From Candidatus Poribacteria bacterium (GTDB lineage Bacteria; Poribacteria; WGA-4E; PCPOR2b), in the NCBI GenBank assembly GCA_965116925.1, contig OZ220744.1:3808001-3872000 (forward strand): a stretch of DNA of 64,000 nt, given 5' to 3'. The notes under the pieces are model-generated. The model was not told the origin of the DNA, did not search any database, and worked only from the letters and a program-made list of their open reading frames with translations. Made by a program: the position numbers and the translations under genes. Positions 29,891 through 39,415 of this stretch are shown here, in pieces. Each line of letters begins with the position of its first letter. The first letter of the stretch is position 1.

Positions 29891-30280
29891 CTATGGAAGG
29901 TTGAGTTGCCACGAGACACCAAAGCGATCACTTACCCAACCGAATCGTGCGCTAAACCCGTAGTTGTCTAATGGCATAAATATCTCTCCATCCTCAGCAA
30001 GTGCTGAGTACAACCGCTCAAGTTCTTCTTGTGACTCACAATCAACGAAGATTGAGATAGCGGGCGTGAAGCCAAAATCATGCTTTATCGGAGTATCAAT
30101 ACAGATGAATTCTCTACCACCAAGAGTAAAAAAGGCGTATTGAATTTTGCCTTTATGCTCACCTTCGTTGTAGTATGACACATCAGTCACTTCAGACATG
30201 GGGAATAGACCAACGTAGAAATTCATTGCGTCTCCAGCAGTGCCATCAAACATTAGATGGGTTCGGATCCTTGTCGCCAT
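29891..30280 (-). CDS. VOC/PhnB-like (3-demethylubiquinone-9 3-methyltransferase-like) protein
   Basis: FTPAISIFVDC, MPLDNYGFSARFGWVSDRFGVSWQL; AGGAGG RBS. Confidence 0.9.
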   Translation of the reverse strand: MATRIRTHLMFDGTAGDAMNFYVGLFPMSEVTDVSYYNEGEHKGKIQYAFFTLGGREFICIDTPIKHDFGFTPAISIFVDCESQEELERLYSALAEDGEIFMPLDNYGFSARFGWVSDRFGVSWQLNLP

Positions 30281-30494
30281 CAGGTATTTTCCTCCTGTGT
30301 TGTATAACTCTTTTTTAAACCGAATATTTTCCACATAACACTATTTTGCGGCTGTAACCGCTGACTTTTTGGTTATCCAGAACTTTTTACTCCCTTCAAC
30401 TCGGCATCACAGTCGTGAAGTTCGGCATAAACCGTGTCCGATACGCGGGCAGTGCGAAAAAAGAAAAACAGAACAGTCTAACCCTGCCTTCATT

Positions 30495-32171
30495 TTACGG
30501 TGTTGTTGCGACAGTTTCATCGTCTTGTTCAGCGGCTTTCCCACGAGTGGCGTTGGTGAGAACAATGTTTCCGCTGATGCTGGTAAGCCGTAGGCTTGCC
30601 TTTGGCGCATTAAGTATTCCGCTAATCCAATTTGTCCGAACCTCCGCGTCAATTAAATCCCAATCACACTTCAGCACCCCGGTGACACTATTTGCATTGA
30701 TTGTGCAAGCGACAGATTCGGCTAGCTCCATCTGAATGTTCCCGCTGGCGGTGTTGATATCGTATTCCGCGCTTTCGGCAATTTCTCCCTTGATGGTAAC
30801 AACACCTGTCGCGCTGTTGATTTTAAGCCGAGCAGGTTCTGCGTCAATTATGGTCGCTGCGCCGTTCACGAAATTCAATTCAAGCGCACGTAGTCGATGC
30901 TGCGGAACGCGTAGACACTGGTTAACCGTAATTTTTTCTTGGGCTTCATCTCTGGCACGAACCGTTAGGCGTTCCCCGCGTTGGATGATTTCCGGACGCG
31001 CAGCTTCGATCTGCTGTTTTGCGTCCTCTCCGGTTCCCGTTTGAACTTGTAGGGTAATTTCCAATGCAATAGCATCTTCCCTCCACCCCTCTACCAAAAT
31101 TGTCCCATTCACATTGGAAAGTTGGATGTCAGTGATCTGTGGGTGATCAAAACGTTGCTTTTCACGCAATATCTTTGGGCCATCGGGTTCCTCCGTCTGG
31201 CTATCGGGTTGAAAATCCGCGGTTACAGCCGGTGGTGCTTGAGGGTTTGGATCCGCAATTTTGGGGTGTGCTGCTCCGGGTTGGCTTGAGGGTTGCCCGA
31301 ATTGATTAAACGGCAGTGTTACTTGTGTCCCCCATTGCGCTGCCTTCATCATGCGTTCTGGAAAGGCATCAATGGGTCCGTAATTCATCGTCAGCTCATC
31401 GATCTTCGATGTGTACAGATCTCGAATCGTGTCCACATCGCCTTCACCAAAGTAAAACATGCTTACAAAACTCGCCCGCCGATTTGGAGATAGCCCAACA
31501 CCGTAAATCAGTGGTTGAATAACAAAGTGTGTACCGATGCGTGGGTAGTAGATCTCAAGATTGTCTATCACACCGGGAGGGAAAAGCATCCCGAATGCCA
31601 TTCCGTCGTGGGTGACTGCTGCCCAACCCGCGCTGGGGGTGACAGATTTCTTGAATCCGAGTTCAGTAAATCTCCCTGACAAGAGTTGATCGTCAAGGGG
31701 CAGGTGATAAATGTTGTTTTTCAAGGCATTGCCCAGACAGAGTTCGGGATGAATGCCAAACGTAAACTTGTTAAACTGCTGATCGAAATTGGTAAAACTG
31801 TACTCAACCCTCAAGATTGGCGCATTGGGTTCGAGGGATAGCGTTTTGGAAAGCAGCACTCTGCCGAATCGCGTCGGTGAAATGACAGATAGTGTGACAT
31901 CCCCCGTTCCTTTTTCTATTCTCCACGGTGCTTTCCAAAGCTGGTTCCTCAACGGACTGCCGATACACTCCTCAATCCCGCCATATTCTGTGTAGGAACC
32001 GAATTGTACGGATTTTGGATGGGTTCTGTGTAAAAAAGGAAAGTCGTTTGCTTCAACATCAAGGATTCTGCCGCCAATTTCCGGTTGTAATAGCACTGAA
32101 ATATGCTGATTTTCAAGAATGAGTTGGGGGTTCCCCGCATTAAGTTTATCCGCTTCATATATTCTGGTCAT
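30495..32171 (-). CDS. Galactose-mutarotase-like domain fused to a DUF4097-like beta-strand repeat domain
   Basis: LENQHISVLLQPEIGGRI, YGGIEE, FGIHPEL; Pro/Gln-rich linker; repeated xNxVNG/TASGNI/SISGNI strands. Confidence 0.6.
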   Translation of the reverse strand: MTRIYEADKLNAGNPQLILENQHISVLLQPEIGGRILDVEANDFPFLHRTHPKSVQFGSYTEYGGIEECIGSPLRNQLWKAPWRIEKGTGDVTLSVISPTRFGRVLLSKTLSLEPNAPILRVEYSFTNFDQQFNKFTFGIHPELCLGNALKNNIYHLPLDDQLLSGRFTELGFKKSVTPSAGWAAVTHDGMAFGMLFPPGVIDNLEIYYPRIGTHFVIQPLIYGVGLSPNRRASFVSMFYFGEGDVDTIRDLYTSKIDELTMNYGPIDAFPERMMKAAQWGTQVTLPFNQFGQPSSQPGAAHPKIADPNPQAPPAVTADFQPDSQTEEPDGPKILREKQRFDHPQITDIQLSNVNGTILVEGWREDAIALEITLQVQTGTGEDAKQQIEAARPEIIQRGERLTVRARDEAQEKITVNQCLRVPQHRLRALELNFVNGAATIIDAEPARLKINSATGVVTIKGEIAESAEYDINTASGNIQMELAESVACTINANSVTGVLKCDWDLIDAEVRTNWISGILNAPKASLRLTSISGNIVLTNATRGKAAEQDDETVATTP

Positions 32172-32314
32172 CCGCTTTGTCCTCCTTTCTTAGTTTTGTT
32201 ATTTGAAGGTGTTCTCCGCTTTTGGGTTGTTCTGATTACGTTTCAAGGACGGAGGCAGTTGTTGCATAGATTCATTGAATTATGTGATAGTATACAAGCC
32301 CGACCTACCAAGTT

Positions 32315-33361
32315 TTAATTTGGATACCATGGCCAATCAATTTTATGCCAGATTCCTTGACTCGCAGCGGGCGTCCCCCCGTAGGCGAACCAAGTTAATC
32401 CGAGATTTGGGCACGCAACATTGGCGTAGACTGTCCAAAAATTGTCTGCCTCTCTCCGTTGTTCGACATCTGTATCAGCAAGAATACGAATTAAATCATC
32501 GGGCAAATGTGAAGAGAATTCTCTTTCAAGAAGCGTCTCTATTCTGTCAAAGCGGTGTTCTGACCTCGAAGGGGCTTTGCCGCTGATACGTTTGTTTGTC
32601 GAACAACTGTGATTTGTTGCGACAATTCTTCCGTGAAGTGGATCCCTTCTTGCGTGGCTTGAACAAGCACATTCAAAAACAACAAATTCATTGGTTTTGC
32701 CATCGACAACGAATAAGTTCATCCCACCAATGCGGTCAACAGTATTCAACAGGTTCTCTACATCTGAAATCGTGCGACATGTTTCAAGTGCTTCTGGAAT
32801 GAATACATAAAAGTCCAAGTACGGTTTTTCTGGAGCCGGTGCATCAGAGGTAGGGAGGGCGTTGGCATGGAGCCAGAGTTTTTCTTTGTTCACGCCTGTT
32901 GCTGTAAAAACGTCCCCTTGGAGACCAAAAGTCATCGTGGGAAGGCGTCCCTCAACCTCCCGAATGATGGTGTATCCCCACAGGTCTGGGAGCCAAGCAT
33001 CGTTGTTTCGACCCACCCATGCCTTTCCATCAATCTCGCATACAAAGGCACTGCAATTTTTCAAAAAACAACTTTCCGAAAACCACCATTGTGCAAGCCT
33101 TTCTAGAGGGACTCCAGATCCGTCCGACATTCCCTCTATCTCTTCCTGAAATCGTAATGGCAATTTACGAAGCCATGGCAGTGCACCACGCCGTAACTTT
33201 TCTACATCAATGAGGTTGAGCCTTTGTAACCCGGCATCGACATAGAGGTGGATATATTCCTCAAAAACATCTTTCAAAGCACGTCCGTGATTAAAACCAA
33301 TTTCTCTTGGTGTGCCTTTTAAGCGACAAATACGATTGTTATCAACGGTCGCAATTTCCAT
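32315..33361 (-). CDS. C45 family Ntn-hydrolase/acyltransferase
   Basis: GTPREIGFNHG, EEIEGMSDG, NCSAF nucleophile, GRNND, GVNKE, ATNH. Confidence 0.88.
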   Translation of the reverse strand: MEIATVDNNRICRLKGTPREIGFNHGRALKDVFEEYIHLYVDAGLQRLNLIDVEKLRRGALPWLRKLPLRFQEEIEGMSDGSGVPLERLAQWWFSESCFLKNCSAFVCEIDGKAWVGRNNDAWLPDLWGYTIIREVEGRLPTMTFGLQGDVFTATGVNKEKLWLHANALPTSDAPAPEKPYLDFYVFIPEALETCRTISDVENLLNTVDRIGGMNLFVVDGKTNEFVVFECACSSHARRDPLHGRIVATNHSCSTNKRISGKAPSRSEHRFDRIETLLEREFSSHLPDDLIRILADTDVEQRREADNFWTVYANVACPNLGLTWFAYGGTPAASQGIWHKIDWPWYPN

Positions 33362-33388
33362 TTTTCTGTGTCCATGTTTGTTTTAGTG

Positions 33389-33928
33389 TCACAACCGATC
33401 CACTCGATCCAGCCATCCCGTTGAAAGATCCCAATCAAATAGATCACCGGGATTTCCGCTTTCCTTCATACGAATCCACTCGTCAACACTGGATTTTTTG
33501 AATCGTAGTTCAGCGCCCACCTCAAAGTGAGGGATCTCGTTGAGCAGCTTCCACACCACGTCTGGTTCGATTTGCAGGTAAGCGGCGACCTCCTCCAATG
33601 TCATAATTTCTTTCGCCGGCCCTAAACGTCCCCCGTCCCGATCTACACGGCTTTCCAGACGGATAATTGCTTCTCGTAAAGCGTAGATGGCGGATACGAG
33701 ATCGGAATCAGGTGCATACAGACGTTCCTGTAATGTTTCCCACCAATTTTGTGCTGGCTGGATCGTTTCCGCCTTATGCGTTGATTCAATTGTTGCTTTC
33801 AGTTTGTCGTGTTCGGCGGCGCATTCCTTACAATCCGCAAGATGCGCCTCGATTGTATGCTTACCCATTGAAGAAAGCTCGTCGTCGATGTAGGCGACAA
33901 GTTCTTCGCGAACATTATTACATTCCAT
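33389..33928 (-). CDS. zf-HC2 zinc finger fused to an excisionase-like HTH (HTH_17)
   Basis: MECNNVREELVAYIDDEL...HLADCKEC; IMTLEEVAAYLQI...IPHFEVGAELRFKKSSVDEWI. Confidence 0.8.
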   Translation of the reverse strand: MECNNVREELVAYIDDELSSMGKHTIEAHLADCKECAAEHDKLKATIESTHKAETIQPAQNWWETLQERLYAPDSDLVSAIYALREAIIRLESRVDRDGGRLGPAKEIMTLEEVAAYLQIEPDVVWKLLNEIPHFEVGAELRFKKSSVDEWIRMKESGNPGDLFDWDLSTGWLDRVDRL

Positions 33929-34018
33929 TTTTGAATCCTCCTTTTGATTTCGTAATGCTTAGTGCTAAAACATTATGCGGTAAAACTCGCTACTCTTTAT
34001 GTTTGCTAAAATTAGAAA

Positions 34019-34046
34019 GTAGGGAACGCAGATCTGCGTTCCCTAC
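34019..34046. repeat. GTAG-type REP palindrome
   Basis: Perfect 28-bp palindrome GTAGGGAACGCAGATCTGCGTTCCCTAC; second copy at 44271-44298. Confidence 0.8.
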
Positions 34047-34083
34047 GACTATCTCTACTTTGAACTCTTTAATACTCATTGTG

Positions 34084-35286
34084 TTAGCGGAAGGCCGGAT
34101 AGTCCGGCATCTCCTCCAAATCCGCCCAGCGTTTCCGCAATTTAGTAGCCATATCACGGACGGTTGCACCGAGGACTTCCAGATGTCCAAATTCCTCCGA
34201 CACTTGTCCAAAGATGTCGAAACACAATAGGAGAATCTGACGCTGCGTTGAGATTCCCCATTTATGGTCTTCTTCCCATACCTTTTCTATGAAATTGAGC
34301 CTAGAGTGAATTGCCCAGTAGGCACACGCTTCGACAACGGATCGAAAAAAAAGCGTATCGTCCGTTGCTTCAGGGCATCCCTTCACAAGCTCGACACGAT
34401 ACGCCATCTCCATTTTTTCAACTACATCATTTGGCACACGGTTAATATGGTACCATGTTGGGAAGCAGGCACGACCGTAGATCCCATCTCTAAGTGCATG
34501 TCGGAACTCACCAAACTCAAAGTCGAAGAGTTTCCTTTCATCGCCGACAGGCAGCGCATTCATAGGAATCGGATCGCCGTGCGTATAAGCTTGGAATGGC
34601 CCTGGGGCAGCAATGAATGTCGCAACCGTTTTCATTTCTGTCTTTGCTCCACGATGGGCTTTCACTCCAATCCTTCCACAGACTTCATCTAATTTTCCCA
34701 TAAGCCGCTGCCATTCGCCGGTTATAGAAGGAGGCTTGTCTCTGGGACCGAGTCGGTCACGGATGCTATCGTACACCGCCTTTTTAGGAATCGTCAGGGC
34801 GTGCATTTTCCCCAGTGCCCTTGCCAGTTTGATTAATTCCCCCGTTGCAGCTGTGGGCGATTCTCCGCGCAGACTCCCGTAAAAATTCCGCCCGTCTCCT
34901 AAATCCTCAATGACCATAAGCCCCTTTTCCCAATCTCCGGCATAAAATTGTGCGGCTGGCGAATTTCCATCTGAAATTTCGCTCAAAAATTCGAGTCCCG
35001 CCCAATCGTTGAAGAATCGGGGAACCATTTCATCCGGTGAGTTCGGATGAAATTCCGTTCCATCAGTGGTCAGTGCCCTTTTGATGACAACACTTTGCGG
35101 GACACCGGGAGGACTTTCTAGCATACAGCAGCGAAGGACCGTCGCCCGATCTGTATCAAATTCTGTTTCCATTTTAAGCCGCACATCGCCCCCGAATGCT
35201 TTACAGAGTACATTTTCTGCGATTGCTACGGTTTCGGCATGGTCTTTTTGGTCTGATTCAGGCATTATAAGTCCTTCAGTTGACAA
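34084..35286 (-). CDS. Aminoglycoside phosphotransferase/kinase-like protein
   Basis: VVIKR, MVIEDLG, HGDPIPMN (Brenner motif), LFDFEF. Confidence 0.8.
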   Translation of the reverse strand: MSTEGLIMPESDQKDHAETVAIAENVLCKAFGGDVRLKMETEFDTDRATVLRCCMLESPPGVPQSVVIKRALTTDGTEFHPNSPDEMVPRFFNDWAGLEFLSEISDGNSPAAQFYAGDWEKGLMVIEDLGDGRNFYGSLRGESPTAATGELIKLARALGKMHALTIPKKAVYDSIRDRLGPRDKPPSITGEWQRLMGKLDEVCGRIGVKAHRGAKTEMKTVATFIAAPGPFQAYTHGDPIPMNALPVGDERKLFDFEFGEFRHALRDGIYGRACFPTWYHINRVPNDVVEKMEMAYRVELVKGCPEATDDTLFFRSVVEACAYWAIHSRLNFIEKVWEEDHKWGISTQRQILLLCFDIFGQVSEEFGHLEVLGATVRDMATKLRKRWADLEEMPDYPAFR

Positions 35287-35302
35287 ATCAACGCAAAACG
35301 GA

Positions 35303-36106
35303 TTAAGAATCTACTTTCTCTGCCACCCAAGCCATATATTTGGGCAGTTGGGATAGCAGTGAAGATTGCTCAGCCTGCGCTCGTGTTTCCACCATCTTCT
35401 TGATATACAAACCCGCTTCTGCGATTGCGTTGATAACATCCGCAAGTGGGTGAAAAAATTCAACGATTGGCAGATTTCCATCCCAACCGCCGTATTCATC
35501 GGCGATAGGCGTTCCTGTAAAATTGGAGTATTCTGGCGAGTCGTCAAAATAGTCACGTATGACCGTAAGTGAACAACCCGTTTCTTTTAAGCAACTTACC
35601 ACCGGATGATCGGCAGACAACAACAGACGTCCACCCGGTTTCAAGACACGATGCCATACACGTGCAGCTTGATACAGGTCTTCCAGCCAGCAGATATAGG
35701 TGGCATAAACGATGTCAAACTGATTGTCCGCGATTGGTGCCAAGATTTGGGCATCGGCAACCTTGAATTCAATACGGGAGCCAATTTTCTCGGCGTTGCG
35801 TTTTGCCAGTTTAATCGCCACGGGACTAAAATCACAAGCAACAACCTCGGCACCCAGATTTTCCCACGAAAAGGCTTGCGTGGCATCGCCGGCACAACAG
35901 ATGTCTAACAGTTTTTTTTCTTTGACATCGCCAGCCAGTGCAATTTCTACATCATTCAACTCAACACCTCCATTTGCAAAAAATTGATGAAAGTCTGGGC
36001 GTTTCTTTAGCTTAAATGATGTATAATGTGGGTGGTAAGCGTCCCACGCCTTGCGGGACATTTCAAGATGTTCTGCTTTCGTTAAATTTGATTCTGTCTT
36101 TTTCAT
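35303..36106 (-). CDS. Class I SAM-dependent methyltransferase
   Basis: KLLDICCAGDA, CDFS, FDIVY, RVLKPGG; start uncertain (36106 or 36136). Confidence 0.88.
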   Translation of the reverse strand: MKKTESNLTKAEHLEMSRKAWDAYHPHYTSFKLKKRPDFHQFFANGGVELNDVEIALAGDVKEKKLLDICCAGDATQAFSWENLGAEVVACDFSPVAIKLAKRNAEKIGSRIEFKVADAQILAPIADNQFDIVYATYICWLEDLYQAARVWHRVLKPGGRLLLSADHPVVSCLKETGCSLTVIRDYFDDSPEYSNFTGTPIADEYGGWDGNLPIVEFFHPLADVINAIAEAGLYIKKMVETRAQAEQSSLLSQLPKYMAWVAEKVDS

Positions 36107-36147
36107 CCGTATTCCCATTCCCTTGAAAATCATCACGGTCTGGTTTG

Positions 36148-36347
36148 TCGGTGATGTTCACGGAGTAACGGCACACGGAGTGTGCCTACTACTTTATTCG
36201 GTGGTGTTCACGGAGTAACGGCACACGGAGTGTGCCTACTACTTTATTCGGTGGTGTTCACGGAGTAACGGCACACGGAGTGTGCCTACTACTTTATTCG
36301 GTGGTGTTCACGGAGTAACGGCACACGGAGTGTGCCTACTACTTTAT
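36148..36347. repeat. Tandem array of 4 x 50 bp, each unit carrying a GTAG-type REP hairpin
   Basis: Unit TCGGTGGTGTTCACGGAGTAACGGCACACGGAGTGTGCCTACTACTTTAT; hairpin GGCACAC-GGA-GTGTGCC followed by TAC; no variable spacers. Confidence 0.95.
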
Positions 36348-36357
36348 AATGTTTATT

Positions 36358-36465
36358 TATAGTAGATTTTAGAATTAATGAAACACTCCAAATCGGCGCA
36401 GTTGGAAACAGCGCCTACCAAACATGGGGAACGAAAGTGTCTATTTATTTTTTGAATTCACTATA
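36358..36465 (+). mobile_element. 108-bp TATAG-ended MITE (short form)
   Basis: Imperfect TIRs TATAGTAGATTTTAGAATTAAT / ATTTATTTTTTGAATTCACTATA; internal REP hairpin; five related copies in the window. Confidence 0.85.
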
Positions 36466-36475
36466 TTTTTAGCGT

Positions 36476-38545
36476 TCACCATAATTGACGAAAATTTGGG
36501 AAGTTGGATTCAAACAGATACGCGAGTTTCGTAAACACAGCTCGCTCACCCGGCAGGCTATCCACAAACACAAAGAAGAAGTGGCTTTCTGGGGTGAACT
36601 CGTAGTCGAAGATTGCGTTGAAATTGTAGCTAATCTCATCTTGCAGCCGCTCATCAACGCGTTCAACAAAAATGAGCCAACCGATCTTTCGGGTTAATTG
36701 ATAGTTACTGCGGAGCCGGAAAATCAGTGTGTTTCGATACGTGCGCCAAAAGAAATTCTCAAGGTCTATATCAGCAGTCAGCTTGCCGAAGAGGTTGACA
36801 CCCGCAGAGCAGCTAGTAAATCGGTTGAACTCATCTCGACGTGTGCCGAAACGATTTCCAACCCCTAAGTGCCACCACGGTGCTTCATAAGCAACCTCTG
36901 AACCGATAAACTTGGTGTCAAAAAGTTGACCGACTTCGCGGAGTACACCAAACCCACCGGAAGTGAAGAGGTCAAACCGACCAACATCAATATTGAAACG
37001 GAACTCGCTCCGCCGTTCCCGTAGTAATTTTTGTGCATTGATTTGATGAAAATGGCGCGTATCAATCTGAAACAGCTGCACCAAATTTTCCTCCGGAAAC
37101 TCATAGTTGTATCTTACACGGGCACGGCTCCGACGGAACGCCTCATCTTCAAGCCCCATCTCATTTGGACGAAAGCCGTCCTGAATCTCTTCGAGCCGAA
37201 TGTTGGCGAGCCACCCTTGATGCAGCCATTCCATCGCGGTATAATACGCCCAGTGCGTTTCACCATCAATGAGGTCAACCGCATACTGCGATGTCGCAGT
37301 CCAGTTTCGATGAAGTCCAAATCGACCGTTGAGCGATAGGAGTCCTACATCGCGGTCAGCTTGGTGTTTGTGTGTGCCCATTGCGCCGATGACAGTCCGC
37401 TCACCGATATTGTAATTCACCCGCCCAGCTAAAAGATTCGCCTGCTTTTTCTGATCGGCATCGTATCGATCTATCATTTTGCCATAGGTATTGACAACCG
37501 AGAAATTAGCACCGCCCATTGTACCTGCTGTTTTGGCACCGAAATCAATTTCTTGAACACGACGGGTGTAGAATAGATTGAGCGGTAGATCAAACAACTC
37601 GGCACCCTCCCGGAAGAATGGACGGCGTTCAGGGAGAGACAATTCCCGGTCACTTGCGATGTTAATTTGGGTTGGATCGCTCTCTAATTGTGAAAAATCG
37701 GGATTAAAAGTCACATTTGAGGTGAGGCGCGTCGAAATTGGGAGGATAAGGTCTAACCCACCATCAAGGTCATTGGGTCGATTTTCTATCGCGCGATAGC
37801 TACCGTAGGGGAGAATACCGAGTTTCTGCTCTGTTTTGATCTTTTCCAAATTTAAGCCAGTTAAATTGCCAAACTCCGACACACGTGAGAAAAAAGCGGT
37901 GTGTGCCCAAGAATAGGATTGACTGTTTACCGGACGGACCCGCCAAAAGTTAATCCCCCATGTGGTATTGCGCGGATTAAAACGGAGTGCACGGAACGGA
38001 ATCGCAAATTCTGCGGTCCAACCATTCTGGTGTTTCTTTATTTTCGCTTCCCATTTTGCATCCCAACTCATGTCGAAAACACTCTCGTTGCTGACCCGCT
38101 CATCTGTCTGTGTGCCGAGCGTATTGACGGCAAAAATGTAGCAGTTACGACGGTCATGATAGGTATCAAGCATCACTTCGATACAGTCATTCTGCCAAAC
38201 AGGGGAATCCCGGCGCGTTTTCGTTTCACGTAGACTGTTCATGTCCGGTTCCTCGCAATGCACACCGATATAGAGGGTATTCTCATCGTACAAAACCTTT
38301 GCTTGAGTGTTTAGCTGTGCAAGCTGAATGTCTCCCTCTTTTGCACGGAAGAACTTGTTGGCAACTTGGGCGTGTTGCCATACACTGTCGGTAAGCTTGC
38401 CATCAATAACCGGGGGAGTATCCACCCATGTGGCATTGATGGTGCGCGTCGAATTTTGCGTTTCTGCGAAAAGCGGTATAGCGAACAGCGCAATTAGCAC
38501 CCAAAGTATTGCACGCAGCCACTGCAGCCGTTTAGTTTTCTCCAC
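36476..38545 (-). CDS. CBM9-like domain plus DUF5916-like outer-membrane barrel protein
   Basis: PPVIDGKLTDSVWQ, DCIEVMLDTYHD, WTAEFAIPF, TFNPDFSQLESD, PERRPFFREG. Confidence 0.85.
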   Translation of the reverse strand: MEKTKRLQWLRAILWVLIALFAIPLFAETQNSTRTINATWVDTPPVIDGKLTDSVWQHAQVANKFFRAKEGDIQLAQLNTQAKVLYDENTLYIGVHCEEPDMNSLRETKTRRDSPVWQNDCIEVMLDTYHDRRNCYIFAVNTLGTQTDERVSNESVFDMSWDAKWEAKIKKHQNGWTAEFAIPFRALRFNPRNTTWGINFWRVRPVNSQSYSWAHTAFFSRVSEFGNLTGLNLEKIKTEQKLGILPYGSYRAIENRPNDLDGGLDLILPISTRLTSNVTFNPDFSQLESDPTQINIASDRELSLPERRPFFREGAELFDLPLNLFYTRRVQEIDFGAKTAGTMGGANFSVVNTYGKMIDRYDADQKKQANLLAGRVNYNIGERTVIGAMGTHKHQADRDVGLLSLNGRFGLHRNWTATSQYAVDLIDGETHWAYYTAMEWLHQGWLANIRLEEIQDGFRPNEMGLEDEAFRRSRARVRYNYEFPEENLVQLFQIDTRHFHQINAQKLLRERRSEFRFNIDVGRFDLFTSGGFGVLREVGQLFDTKFIGSEVAYEAPWWHLGVGNRFGTRRDEFNRFTSCSAGVNLFGKLTADIDLENFFWRTYRNTLIFRLRSNYQLTRKIGWLIFVERVDERLQDEISYNFNAIFDYEFTPESHFFFVFVDSLPGERAVFTKLAYLFESNFPNFRQLW

Positions 38546-38627
38546 CCTCTTTTTCTCCTACCTCATTTGTGCCCAAAGTTGCACTTTGTATTTCAGAACC
38601 CAGATTTTTCCACGAAATAGTCATTTA

Positions 38628-39401
38628 TTAGATCTCTCCATTCAGGTGTGTTTTCACTTGTGCCAACATCTCCTCTTCAGAGATTGCCTCCTCCCGGTCT
38701 CCAGCGTATTGCACTTCCACCCACCGATAAATCTTCTCGACTGCTGGATGGGTTTCGCCTATGGGCGTTTGACCTTCCCCCTCCAGATAGGCATTTATCC
38801 ACAACAACACACCATATTTGCCGGAGGTTCTGGTAATGATAATATCGACTAATTCTTCTTTGTCTTCTTTCGTCTGTGGAAATTTGCCTTCTTTGTTCAC
38901 TTCCAAACCGGATACATTGGAGATAACTGCCTTATCAATATAGGAGTGTTTGAAGGCGTAATGATGCGGACGTGGGTTGTCAAATTCGGTATATTTGCCG
39001 ATATTAATCTGGCAACGAAAAACCACCGGTGCTTTCCCACGAGATTGTGCGAGCTGTGCTGCCCTTGTATGAGCTTCCCTTGATTTTTGGGTAAACCAGA
39101 TCTTCTTCCCTGCCCGCGCCCGCGCCTTGAATCCTTCCGTCATAATCGCCTTGGCTCTATCAATCGTCGTGCCGTGCCAGACGGTGATGACATTTTTAAA
39201 CCCGGTATTCCAGCCCACATTGATAACACTGCGAATCCACTTGGGTTCAACGCCGTGACGAATTGCGAACTCTTCCAGCGTTAGATCCGGGTCTTGTGCA
39301 GCCTGTTTCTGAAATTGTTCTGCCAACCAGGCGAGATCTTTATCTTCAAGTCGTCGCTGATAGAGATCCTGTTTTTGCCGATTTTTTCTTTTTTTCGCCA
39401 A
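38628..39401 (-). CDS. Hypothetical protein with HTH-like segment and ADP-ribosyltransferase/KptA-like domain
   Basis: VWHGTT...IMTEGF...IWFT...A...A...PVVFRC resembles the H-G-T NAD-binding ART fold; probable TTG start at 39401. Confidence 0.5.
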   Translation of the reverse strand: MAKKRKNRQKQDLYQRRLEDKDLAWLAEQFQKQAAQDPDLTLEEFAIRHGVEPKWIRSVINVGWNTGFKNVITVWHGTTIDRAKAIMTEGFKARARAGKKIWFTQKSREAHTRAAQLAQSRGKAPVVFRCQINIGKYTEFDNPRPHHYAFKHSYIDKAVISNVSGLEVNKEGKFPQTKEDKEELVDIIITRTSGKYGVLLWINAYLEGEGQTPIGETHPAVEKIYRWVEVQYAGDREEAISEEEMLAQVKTHLNGEI

Positions 39402-39415
39402 TGTAAAACACCCCT

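Noticed and set aside
36148..36347. Possible CRISPR array
   Set aside because: Units are contiguous identical 50-mers with no unique spacers, and there are no cas genes in the window
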